Positions 1 to 6,877 of a DNA stretch of 27,761 nt are shown here, in pieces. Both the position numbers and the translations under genes were made by a program. Source of the stretch: a virus (Duplodnaviria > Caudoviricetes). The stretch lies in the IMG/VR virus record IMGVR_UViG_3300005512_000264, positions 1 to 27,761 of that record, one strand, 5' to 3'. Positions within the stretch are counted from its first letter, which is position 1. Each line of letters opens with the position of its first letter. The notes under the pieces are model-generated. The model worked only from the letters and a program-made list of their open reading frames with translations. It searched no databases and had not been told where the DNA came from.

Positions 1-123
1 AGCATAAACCAGAGTCGGAGGACTAAACATGAAAGGGTTGCTGGCAGTATTGGGGTTATGGTCAGCGGTAGCATTTGGTCAGACAGTCATCCTTTACGAT
101 GACGGAACGCAATACACGCTCGG
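1..123 (+). repeat. 123-bp direct terminal repeat, left copy (probably assembly overlap)
   Basis: 1-123 (AGCATAAACC...TACACGCTCGG) is identical to 27639-27761 and cuts through coding sequence. Confidence 0.95.
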
Positions 124-445
124 ACACGGCGAGTATATTTATATAAGCATCTACGACACCCTTTACCAAAAGAAAGAATACAGAAACGGTGACTACTACG
201 TTCGCAACTATCCATCCGAAAAGCGCGACTATGTGCCTGACTATGAGAGCACTAGCGAGGTAGGCACTCAAGAATGGTGCGAGGCGTTTGAACCCGCAGA
301 CTCTTTTTCATTTTCGACGATTTCATGGGATCGCTACTGCGACACTAATGATGACGGCGAATACAATATGTGCGACTGGTACGAGCCTACTGGAGTTATG
401 ACGTTTCAAGAAATTGAATATCAAAAGCAATGCGGCGATGGATAG
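29..445 (+). CDS. Hypothetical exported acidic protein with Sec-type signal peptide
   Basis: SD GGAGGA upstream. N-terminus MKGLLAVLGLWSAVAFG|Q. Asp/Glu/Tyr-rich mature part with four Cys. Confidence 0.8.
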   Translation: MKGLLAVLGLWSAVAFGQTVILYDDGTQYTLGHGEYIYISIYDTLYQKKEYRNGDYYVRNYPSEKRDYVPDYESTSEVGTQEWCEAFEPADSFSFSTISWDRYCDTNDDGEYNMCDWYEPTGVMTFQEIEYQKQCGDG

Positions 446-466
446 GCTAATAGAAGGGATATTGGT

Positions 467-757
467 ATGTTCGTTATTGAGCCTGGCGGTCGTCGTATTG
501 GTTTTCGCCTCTGCCGCTATGGGCTGCGCGTGGGCAATGCAATATCTCAGCTAATCAACACGCTGGTCGGCGGGGACAATCCGAACGAGTCGGTCAGTGG
601 GCGCGCCTGGAGAGAACGGCGGAGGTTTGGCTGGAAGCAAACCCGAATCGTCATCGATTTCCTTTTCTCGCCATTTCACAAAAATCACTGTCAAACGTCA
701 GCTCGAAATGATGTGCGGCGCGCCAGGTCTTTAATCGCAGATTCGGTCGATCATTAG
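467..757 (+). CDS. Conserved phage hypothetical protein (lysis-module associated, basic)
   Basis: Motif SQLINTLVGGDNPNESVSGRAW...IDFLF...HC resembles a small-protein family I recall near phage tail/lysis genes. SD-like AAGGG upstream. Confidence 0.7.
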   Translation: MFVIEPGGRRIGFRLCRYGLRVGNAISQLINTLVGGDNPNESVSGRAWRERRRFGWKQTRIVIDFLFSPFHKNHCQTSARNDVRRARSLIADSVDH

Positions 758-778
758 GGCCGGACAATTATTTGACAT

Positions 779-806
779 TTGAATGGATGGGGTCGGCTGG
801 TAGAAT
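779..806 (+). promoter_or_regulatory. Candidate sigma70 promoter for lysis genes
   Basis: TTGAAT (779-784), 16-nt spacer, TAGAAT (801-806) with extended -10 TG at 798-799. A TTGACA also sits at 772-777. Confidence 0.45.
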
Positions 807-832
807 CCAGCAAACTCCTGGGGGCGCGCGTT

Positions 833-1012
833 TTGGTTACTGAATCCACAAAACAAGCGATTGATGCTGCAAGTATAATGACGATGATCGGATCAATGGG
901 CGCAATCTTGCCGCCTATGGCTGCGCTGTTCACGATCGTCTGGACTGCTATCAGAATCTACGAAACCAAAACGATCCAGGCACTACTCGGCAAGGACGAC
1001 GATGCCGGCTGA
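833..1012 (+). CDS. Small holin-like membrane protein (59 aa, TTG start)
   Basis: Hydrophobic core IMTMIGSMGAILPPMAALFTIVWTAIRIYET. GGGGG SD at 820-824 favours TTG 833 over 779. Lies upstream of the endolysin. Confidence 0.65.
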   Translation: MVTESTKQAIDAASIMTMIGSMGAILPPMAALFTIVWTAIRIYETKTIQALLGKDDDAG

Positions 1013-1064
1013 TATCGGTCAACATAACACCCGCAACAACAAACCATGATCACCAGGGGGCGTC

Positions 1065-1508
1065 GTGTCTTTATTGGGAAAACTGTTCGGATCAAGTAAG
1101 GCGACCGGCGACATCATCGACAGGACATTCGGCCTGATCGATAAATCCTTTTACACCAAACAAGAGCAAGGCGAGGCGCTAATGAAGGCCGAAGCCGACG
1201 CTCGCCAGATGACGATCAAATGGCTCGAGTCGACCAGCGGCTCCAGACTGGCGCGTCGCGTTATCGCCTTTGGGATCACCGGGGTGTGGCTCTTTATGTT
1301 CCTGGCTGCGACTGTCAGCTCCCTGGTGGCGATCTGGGTGACTGACGACGCAGCGGCAAAGCTCGCAGATAGCACAGCCATCCTCGATGGTCGGATCGAT
1401 ACCATGACCCCGGCGGTCATGCTGATCCTGGGCTTTTATTTCGCAGCGCCCTACATGGGCGACCTGGCGAAGGGCGCGCTCCAGAAGTTCGGGAACACTG
1501 AAAGATGA
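1065..1508 (+). CDS. Holin, GTA 3TM-holin-like
   Basis: Amphipathic N-terminus MSLLGKLFGS, coiled segment, then two hydrophobic helices ending ILGFYF. ATGA overlap with the endolysin. Confidence 0.7.
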   Translation: MSLLGKLFGSSKATGDIIDRTFGLIDKSFYTKQEQGEALMKAEADARQMTIKWLESTSGSRLARRVIAFGITGVWLFMFLAATVSSLVAIWVTDDAAAKLADSTAILDGRIDTMTPAVMLILGFYFAAPYMGDLAKGALQKFGNTER

Positions 1509-1939
1509 CGGCCGGCGTCGACTTCAAGGTTTTGACCAAATGGCTGGAGCTCGACGAGGGCTGCAAGCTGAAGCCTTACTATTGTACCGCTGGGAAGCTA
1601 ACCATCGGCGTCGGGCGCAACCTCGAGGACACTGGGATCACCAGGGCCGAGGCGCAGTTCATGCTTGAGAGCGATATTGTGCGGTTGATGAAGGAGCTCG
1701 ACGAGCTTTTTCCAGAATGGCGCGACCTATCCGAAACCCGGCAAATGGTCGTGCTCAATATGTGTTTCAATATGGGGACGTTCGGATTCCTCAACTTCAA
1801 GCGAACAATAGCGTATATGCGCGAGGAAAGATTCGCGGAGGCAGCGGACGAAATGTTGCGGTCCCAATGGGCCGAGCAAGTGGGGGCAAGGGCGCACAGA
1901 CTGTCGGATGCAATGCGGGAGGATAAAGCGCCCGTTTAA
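1505..1939 (+). CDS. Endolysin, GH24 (T4-lysozyme-like) muramidase
   Basis: Catalytic E-X8-C-X5-T (EGCKLKPYYCTAGKLT), TIGVGRNL, NMCFNMG, EMLRSQWAEQVGARA. Confidence 0.93.
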   Translation: MTAGVDFKVLTKWLELDEGCKLKPYYCTAGKLTIGVGRNLEDTGITRAEAQFMLESDIVRLMKELDELFPEWRDLSETRQMVVLNMCFNMGTFGFLNFKRTIAYMREERFAEAADEMLRSQWAEQVGARAHRLSDAMREDKAPV

Positions 1940-2083
1940 TATCTGATCAGATCGGTCGAACAGGCTCGGAATAATGGGGCCGCGTATTACTTCACCGGGA
2001 AGCCCTGCAAGTTCGGGCACCTGGCGCCCAGGTATACCGCCAATAAATGCTGCACAACGTGCAACGCCATCAAATGCACCGTA

Positions 2084-2515
2084 TTGAGCCCTGAGAAACG
2101 CGCAGAAAAGCGCGCATACTGGCGCGAATATGACCAGGAGCGCGGGTCTCGAGCCGAATACTGGCGCGATCATTACCGCAAAAACAGGGCTCATATATAC
2201 CCGGCGCGCTACATCCGGCCGAAGTACAAAAGCACGAACAGAAAATGTCGCGAGAGGCGCCGGCTTTACATTGAGCGCGCCAACATACTGCGCGAAAATG
2301 ACCTGGTGCAGGCTGAGATCGATGAGGTTTATCGCCAGGCGCGAGAAGTCACCGCCGAAACCGGCGTCCCGCATTCGGTCGATCACATCGTCCCGCTGCG
2401 CGGCAAATTGGTTTGCGGCCTTCACGTTCCCTGGAATCTGCAAATACTGACCGCGAGGGAAAATTCAGTAAAAGGCAACCGCTGGGATGATCAAACTGGT
2501 AACGGAACAAGGTGA
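2084..2515 (+). CDS. HNH endonuclease (true start probably upstream, near 1943)
   Basis: [36 protein letters not shown] motif. The frame stays open back to 1940 and encodes [11 protein letters not shown]...CTTC. Confidence 0.88.
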   Translation: MSPEKRAEKRAYWREYDQERGSRAEYWRDHYRKNRAHIYPARYIRPKYKSTNRKCRERRRLYIERANILRENDLVQAEIDEVYRQAREVTAETGVPHSVDHIVPLRGKLVCGLHVPWNLQILTARENSVKGNRWDDQTGNGTR

Positions 2516-2729
2516 TCTCTACATCCGATCGGGCGAGATTTTGATGCTTTTACCCGAGCGCGGCCGCTCTGGCTGTTCGATGATTTACACGCAGCTATTC
2601 CCGGAGGGGCTATCGATCGACATGAACCCCGAGGAGATATACGCCGCAGTTCTCGAGGAGGAAGGCTGGGAGGTCGAGACGGTCGACGAGTATGAGATCG
2701 AAGTCGAGGACGGCGAGGAACACTTCTAA
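2487..2729 (+). CDS. Hypothetical small acidic protein
   Basis: 80-aa ORF overlapping the HNH end, phage-like codon usage, Glu-rich C-terminus. Confidence 0.7.
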   Translation: MIKLVTEQGDLYIRSGEILMLLPERGRSGCSMIYTQLFPEGLSIDMNPEEIYAAVLEEEGWEVETVDEYEIEVEDGEEHF

Positions 2730-2759
2730 AAAAAGGCCGCTGTCAAAAGACCAGCGGCC
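2728..2759 (-). terminator. Intrinsic terminator for the minus-strand exonuclease transcript
   Basis: Stem GGCCGCTG (2735-2742)/CAGCGGCC (2752-2759) with A7 at 2728-2734, read as U7 on the minus strand. Confidence 0.75.
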
Positions 2760-2804
2760 GAACCTTTAGGAGTGGTTGATCCCGCAAAGGGAGAGCGGGA
2801 TCGG

Positions 2805-3740
2805 TTAGATACTACTCCGAATAATCAAAGACTTCAAACGAATGGTGCGCGCCTCTTTGGCGGCGACTACGCGCTCCGGCTGGGCTTTGTAATTCCTGAC
2901 CGGCCATTCCACCCGGTAGGGTCCAGCCTGCCCGAGTGTCGCGTCACCCATCGCGGTCATCACCTTGACCTCCAACTCCTCGATCTCGTCGTTCAACTGG
3001 CGCCGGTGATCGCGTAACAGCTCCAGGTGATAGATATCGTTCTCGAGGCCGTTAAGCTCGACCGGAATTTCGTTTTTCTCCGCCGGCGCGATCACCGCAT
3101 CGTCGACATTCACCGGCGGGTAGTAATTTTCAGAAATCACGCGCAGCCGGAAGTCGGTGCAAAGTAGCCCGATCTCGGCCTGAATATCCAAATCCGCGCG
3201 CATGATGGTGATCCGACGCTCAATGCCCCGATGCAGCGTGACAATAATCCCGGTGCTGGCGCCGATCGCCATCATTTGCGCCTGGAGCTGAATGGGTCCG
3301 CGATAAAGTGGGATTTCATCGCTCGGCGGTGCGGTCGTGACCTTGCACTCGATGGGGATACGACCCTGGAGGGTGATCTCGTCGGCGCCTTCAATGCGGA
3401 CTGTTGCGCCTGACGCAACAAGTAGCGGTTCGTCGATCGTGGCAATGCCATCGCATGAGACCTCGAAATCCTCGAGCTTAATCACCGGAGGCGATTGCTC
3501 GACCTGGGTGATGCCCAGAACGTCGCAGGCGTTTTGTATCAGCACCGGCTCGAGCAGATTGCCGACGATGCCCGGCTCTCCGATGTCGGATTCCTGACGC
3601 TCTCCGCGCGCTGCCTGGATCGATTTGCGGAGCTCGTCATTCGGCGTCGACCAGGGATGCCCGACTCCATGATTCCAGCAGTAAAGGACCGGGATGCGAG
3701 ACCCGGACATTTTGGTGTCGTCTGATAATTTTCCGACCAT
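2805..3740 (-). CDS. YqaJ-like viral recombinase / lambda-exonuclease-family nuclease (311 aa)
   Basis: Motifs SGS, STP, GNLLEP, SCDG, IECK, IQLQAQMM. ATG 3740 has an AGGGG SD. The longer 3806 start runs through the promoter region. Confidence 0.85.
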   Translation of the reverse strand: MVGKLSDDTKMSGSRIPVLYCWNHGVGHPWSTPNDELRKSIQAARGERQESDIGEPGIVGNLLEPVLIQNACDVLGITQVEQSPPVIKLEDFEVSCDGIATIDEPLLVASGATVRIEGADEITLQGRIPIECKVTTAPPSDEIPLYRGPIQLQAQMMAIGASTGIIVTLHRGIERRITIMRADLDIQAEIGLLCTDFRLRVISENYYPPVNVDDAVIAPAEKNEIPVELNGLENDIYHLELLRDHRRQLNDEIEELEVKVMTAMGDATLGQAGPYRVEWPVRNYKAQPERVVAAKEARTIRLKSLIIRSSI

Positions 3741-3750
3741 GTTGATCCCC

Positions 3751-3802
3751 TGTTTAATAATTTGACACCCGCCCATGTTACGCGCTAGGCTCGCCGAGTC
3801 AA
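3751..3802. promoter_or_regulatory. Overlapping divergent sigma70 promoters (exonuclease / cro-like)
   Basis: Plus strand: TTGACA 3762-3767, 18 nt, TAGGCT 3786-3791. Minus strand: TTGACT 3802-3797, 16 nt, TAACAT 3780-3775. Confidence 0.6.
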
Positions 3803-3820
3803 TCAAAAAGAGGGGCCAAC

Positions 3821-3982
3821 ATGAGCCTGGAGGACATTATCAAATCGTTCGGCGGTGTATCCCAGACTGCTCGCGCGCTGGGCGTCACCCGGCAAACGAT
3901 CTATCACTGGCGACGCAAGGGCGATATCCCGGAGGCGCGCAGAATCCAGGCGGAGGTGATTCTTGCCCGAAGTGCAGACTAA
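3821..3982 (+). CDS. cro: Cro/YdaS-like HTH transcriptional regulator (53 aa, not in ORF track)
   Basis: Hand translation MSLEDIIKSFGGVSQTARALGVTRQTIYHWRRKGDIPEARRIQAEVILARSAD. SD GAGGGG. First gene after the divergent promoter. Confidence 0.88.
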   Translation: MSLEDIIKSFGGVSQTARALGVTRQTIYHWRRKGDIPEARRIQAEVILARSAD

Positions 3983-4211
3983 TCGGCTCGGCCACATCAT
4001 CGACAATATGTTTCTGATGTTTGTCGGTTTGCGCTTGGCGGAGATCATCACCTGGTCATGGTGGTGGGTGACGGCGCCATTATGGGGGACCATACTTCTC
4101 GCGTTTCTGTTTGCGTTTGCAAAGTCATGGCGAAATCAGGTCAAGCGCGAAGCGTGGAAGAACATGAAAGAACAACGCGCGGAGGTGAAACCGATTCATG
4201 GGGGCGAGTAG
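3963..4211 (+). CDS. Small membrane protein with WSWWWVxAPLW motif
   Basis: Two hydrophobic segments around ITWSWWWVTAPLWG, a motif seen in phage membrane hypotheticals. SD GGAGGTG 3952-3958 before TTG. Confidence 0.75.
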   Translation: MPEVQTNRLGHIIDNMFLMFVGLRLAEIITWSWWWVTAPLWGTILLAFLFAFAKSWRNQVKREAWKNMKEQRAEVKPIHGGE

Positions 4212-4584
4212 TCGCAACAAGGGCGCCGCTGGAGAGCGAGAGCTGATCCTCGAGATCGAGCAGTGGACCGGCATCCGCCTCGAGCGAAATTTATCCCAAG
4301 CATTCGGCGGCGGTCACGATCTGATCGGGCTCGATCATTGGGCGATTGAGTGCAAGCGATATCGAGAGATCACCAGCGCCGACAAGGCCGATTTTTGGCG
4401 CCAGGCAGTCGCCCAGGCGAACAAGGTGCACAAGGTGCCGGCGGTATGCTTCCGCGCTGACCGGCAACCCTGGCGCGTCCTGGTGCCATATCCGACTGAC
4501 ATATACCGACTCGAAGATTTCAAACGCTCGGCGGAGATTTCGCTCGAGCTTTTTTGTGGGTTAATAACGGAGAAAATCTTATGA
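4198..4584 (+). CDS. Holliday junction resolvase, Hjc-like PD-(D/E)XK nuclease
   Basis: SRNKGAAGERE...GGHDL...AIECKR...PAVCFRADRQPW pattern. Confidence 0.85.
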   Translation: MGASSRNKGAAGERELILEIEQWTGIRLERNLSQAFGGGHDLIGLDHWAIECKRYREITSADKADFWRQAVAQANKVHKVPAVCFRADRQPWRVLVPYPTDIYRLEDFKRSAEISLELFCGLITEKIL

Positions 4585-4835
4585 GCAATAAAAATCCGGG
4601 TTCCCGGTATCTACTGATCGACCTCTACACCGGGATGATGGATGGGATGTATTTTGATCGCGAGGTGGCGGAGATAGCGCGCAGATCTTTAAACGAGGAG
4701 TATGAGGGGAGTATTTTTTGCATATTCGAAGGGCTATCAGATCCGGGTCATTTCGATGGGTTATTTCCCCCCAACCATCTTTTCCACGCCAACCTGCCGA
4801 AAGGCCGGCGCCTTCCAACGGAGAAAATACTGTGA
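4581..4835 (+). CDS. Hypothetical protein
   Basis: ATGA-coupled to the resolvase with GGAG SD. Somewhat AT-richer than its neighbours. Confidence 0.7.
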   Translation: MSNKNPGSRYLLIDLYTGMMDGMYFDREVAEIARRSLNEEYEGSIFCIFEGLSDPGHFDGLFPPNHLFHANLPKGRRLPTEKIL

Positions 4836-5173
4836 CCGAGAAGGCATTCATCATCAAATGCCCGGCGTCCCTGACCGATGTTCACAATTTCGTCGAGGAG
4901 CTTTTCGCGACGACGGAATTACATCGCGAGGACCGAGGGCTCGACATAAGAACGATGGACGCCAGGACAGTCCTGACCGTCCGAATTTACCGTTTTATTA
5001 GTGACCAATGGAGGAAAACCGATGCAATTATCAGAGATCAAATCGACAGCCGGGATGATAAGTCCGCCGAGGGTGCTGATTTACGGACCGGCGGGGGTCG
5101 GGAAAACGACGTTCGCGGCGTCAGCGAAAAAGCCGATCTTTCTATGTCTGGAGGATGGGCTCGGGACCATTGA
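4832..5173 (+). CDS. Hypothetical protein (GTG start)
   Basis: GTGA overlap and GGAG SD at the junction. Fills the gap before the ATPase, but the 3' 152 nt overlap it. Confidence 0.5.
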   Translation: MTEKAFIIKCPASLTDVHNFVEELFATTELHREDRGLDIRTMDARTVLTVRIYRFISDQWRKTDAIIRDQIDSRDDKSAEGADLRTGGGRENDVRGVSEKADLSMSGGWARDH

Positions 5174-5756
5174 GGTCGACGCATTCCCCAGGGCGAAAAC
5201 CTACCTCGAGGCGCGCGGCGCTCTCGATGCGCTGATCAACGAGGAGCACGATTATCGAACCCTGGTCGTCGATTCTCTGGATTGGCTCGAGCCGATGATC
5301 TGGCTGCACACTTGTGAGCAAAACAAATGGCAGTCGATTGAGCAACCGGGCTACGGGCGCGGATATGTGGAGGCGCTGCGCTATTGGCGGGAATTCCTCG
5401 ACCGGGTAAATTATCTGCGCGATGCGAAGCGGATGACGACCATCCTGATCGGTCACTCGGCGATCAAGCGGTTCGAGGCACCCGACGCGGAGAGCTTCGA
5501 CCGCTATGTAATAAAACTTCAGGCGAAAGCATGCGATCTGGTCTCGGAACATTCCGACGCGATTCTGTTCGCGAATCATCGATACCAAACGATCAAGACC
5601 GAGGACCGGGGCCGAACAAGGACGCGCGGCCACGGCCAGGGGGATCGCGTCATGTATACCGAGGAGCGCCCGGCATGGCTGGCTAAAAACCGCTACGGGC
5701 TGCCGCCAGAAATGGCGCTCGATTGGGCTGAATTTGCGGGAGCCCTGAAGAAATGA
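5022..5756 (+). CDS. AAA_24 / Sak4-like ATPase (single-strand annealing recombinase)
   Basis: Walker A YGPAGVGKT, Walker B LVVDSLDWLE, YGRGY, LIGHS, AKNRYGLP. SD GGAGG 5010-5014. Confidence 0.88.
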   Translation: MQLSEIKSTAGMISPPRVLIYGPAGVGKTTFAASAKKPIFLCLEDGLGTIEVDAFPRAKTYLEARGALDALINEEHDYRTLVVDSLDWLEPMIWLHTCEQNKWQSIEQPGYGRGYVEALRYWREFLDRVNYLRDAKRMTTILIGHSAIKRFEAPDAESFDRYVIKLQAKACDLVSEHSDAILFANHRYQTIKTEDRGRTRTRGHGQGDRVMYTEERPAWLAKNRYGLPPEMALDWAEFAGALKK

Positions 5757-6007
5757 TCGAGCCGGTATATCGTCCCTGGGCGGATACGCCGCCAACGGAG
5801 GCGGAGCTGGGCGAGACTCTCGTCCTGTTATGGGATCACACTCCGGGACCGCATTTCTGCGTTGCCCGGATCGTCAAGACTCGCGGCGAATTCGTTATGG
5901 CCGCAAGTGTCGCCGATTTCCGGCGGCTGTTTCACCTGGGGCTCGATCCAATGACCCCAGATTTTTGGACCTACTACCCGAAAGGAGTGCGAAAAAATGG
6001 CATTTAA
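5753..6007 (+). CDS. Hypothetical protein
   Basis: ATGA-coupled to the ATPase and overlaps the next gene start. Confidence 0.65.
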   Translation: MIEPVYRPWADTPPTEAELGETLVLLWDHTPGPHFCVARIVKTRGEFVMAASVADFRRLFHLGLDPMTPDFWTYYPKGVRKNGI

Positions 6008-6452
6008 TGCGAAAGATTGGGCAAGCGAAGGCGGTTCCGTCGAGCTGAAAGAAGGCTGGACCGATGCGGTGATTGATGAGGTCGTTCAGAAAACGAGCGG
6101 CGCAGGAAACCAGTATGTGTCGGTGCGGTTTAGCCTGACCGAGTTCAACGGGAAAAAGCTCTGGGAAAATCTCAACGTCTGCCATCCGAAGGAAAACGTC
6201 AGAGAGATCGCATACCGCATCTTGGCGAACATAATGAACGCGGTCGGGATTAACTCCATCCGGGACGAGAAAAACCCCGGCGAGCTTCAGCTCCATGAGC
6301 TTCGCGTCCTGGTGGGTCGCGACAGGGAGGGAGATTGGGCCGTCAGGGCGTTCGAGCCGAAACAGGGGTCAGCGGTCGCCCCGGAGTTTAGAACGCCCCC
6401 AGGGGCCGCTCCGGCGCCTCTAGCGACGGATAACGACGACATCCCATTCTGA
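5997..6452 (+). CDS. Single-stranded DNA-binding protein, DUF669-like
   Basis: KTSGAGNQY...KKLWENLNV core, acidic C-terminal DDIPF tail typical of SSBs, next to a Sak4-like gene, SD AAAGGAG. Confidence 0.82.
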   Translation: MAFNAKDWASEGGSVELKEGWTDAVIDEVVQKTSGAGNQYVSVRFSLTEFNGKKLWENLNVCHPKENVREIAYRILANIMNAVGINSIRDEKNPGELQLHELRVLVGRDREGDWAVRAFEPKQGSAVAPEFRTPPGAAPAPLATDNDDIPF

Positions 6453-6877
6453 TGAAAGGCGACCCGACGCGGGTCGCTGATGCGCTGGGTCTGAGGCGGA
6501 TCGGCTCCGAATACAAGGGGCCATGTCCGCTATGCGGCGGAACAGACCGATTCCACGTTAAAACGGGAAAATCCGCCGATGTCCTGGTTCACTGTCGCCA
6601 CGGGTGCAAATACAGCGACCTCGCGAGAGAGCTGGAGCGCCGGGGCATTGTGGACCGGGATGATTACGTCGCACCCACGCATCGCAGGGACGACCTCGAG
6701 CTGGCTGATCACATGATTCTGGTCATGGAAAGCGCCGCCAGGCGCGGCGAAAGAATAAACCCGAGCGACCGCGATGCGGTCACGCGGCTAATAATGAAAG
6801 TGGACGAAAAAAGGGGCGCGCGATTGCGCGAATTGAGGCGACAAATGGGGACCGAAAATGGAGTGGGAAAAGGATGA
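6452..6877 (+). CDS. Stand-alone primase-type zinc-ribbon protein
   Basis: YKGPCPLCGGTDRF...VHCRHGC (P4-alpha/Prim_Zn_ribbon-like). No TOPRIM or AEP motifs in the remaining helical part. Confidence 0.8.
   Translation: MKGDPTRVADALGLRRIGSEYKGPCPLCGGTDRFHVKTGKSADVLVHCRHGCKYSDLARELERRGIVDRDDYVAPTHRRDDLELADHMILVMESAARRGERINPSDRDAVTRLIMKVDEKRGARLRELRRQMGTENGVGKG

Noticed and set aside
1-123. Terminal repeat as a biological DTR
   Set aside because: It cuts through coding sequence, and the GpA-type terminase with a cos-like site elsewhere points to an assembly overlap.
1002-1049. 15-codon ORF between the holin-like genes
   Set aside because: Too short and featureless to support.
1727-2443. 238-aa minus-strand ORF
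   Set aside because: Antisense shadow of the endolysin and HNH genes, with no recognisable motifs.
6803-6860. Frameshift fusing the zinc finger to the helicase at GAAAAAAGGGG
   Set aside because: The heptamer is not in canonical phase, and the helicase frame has TGA at 6834-6836.
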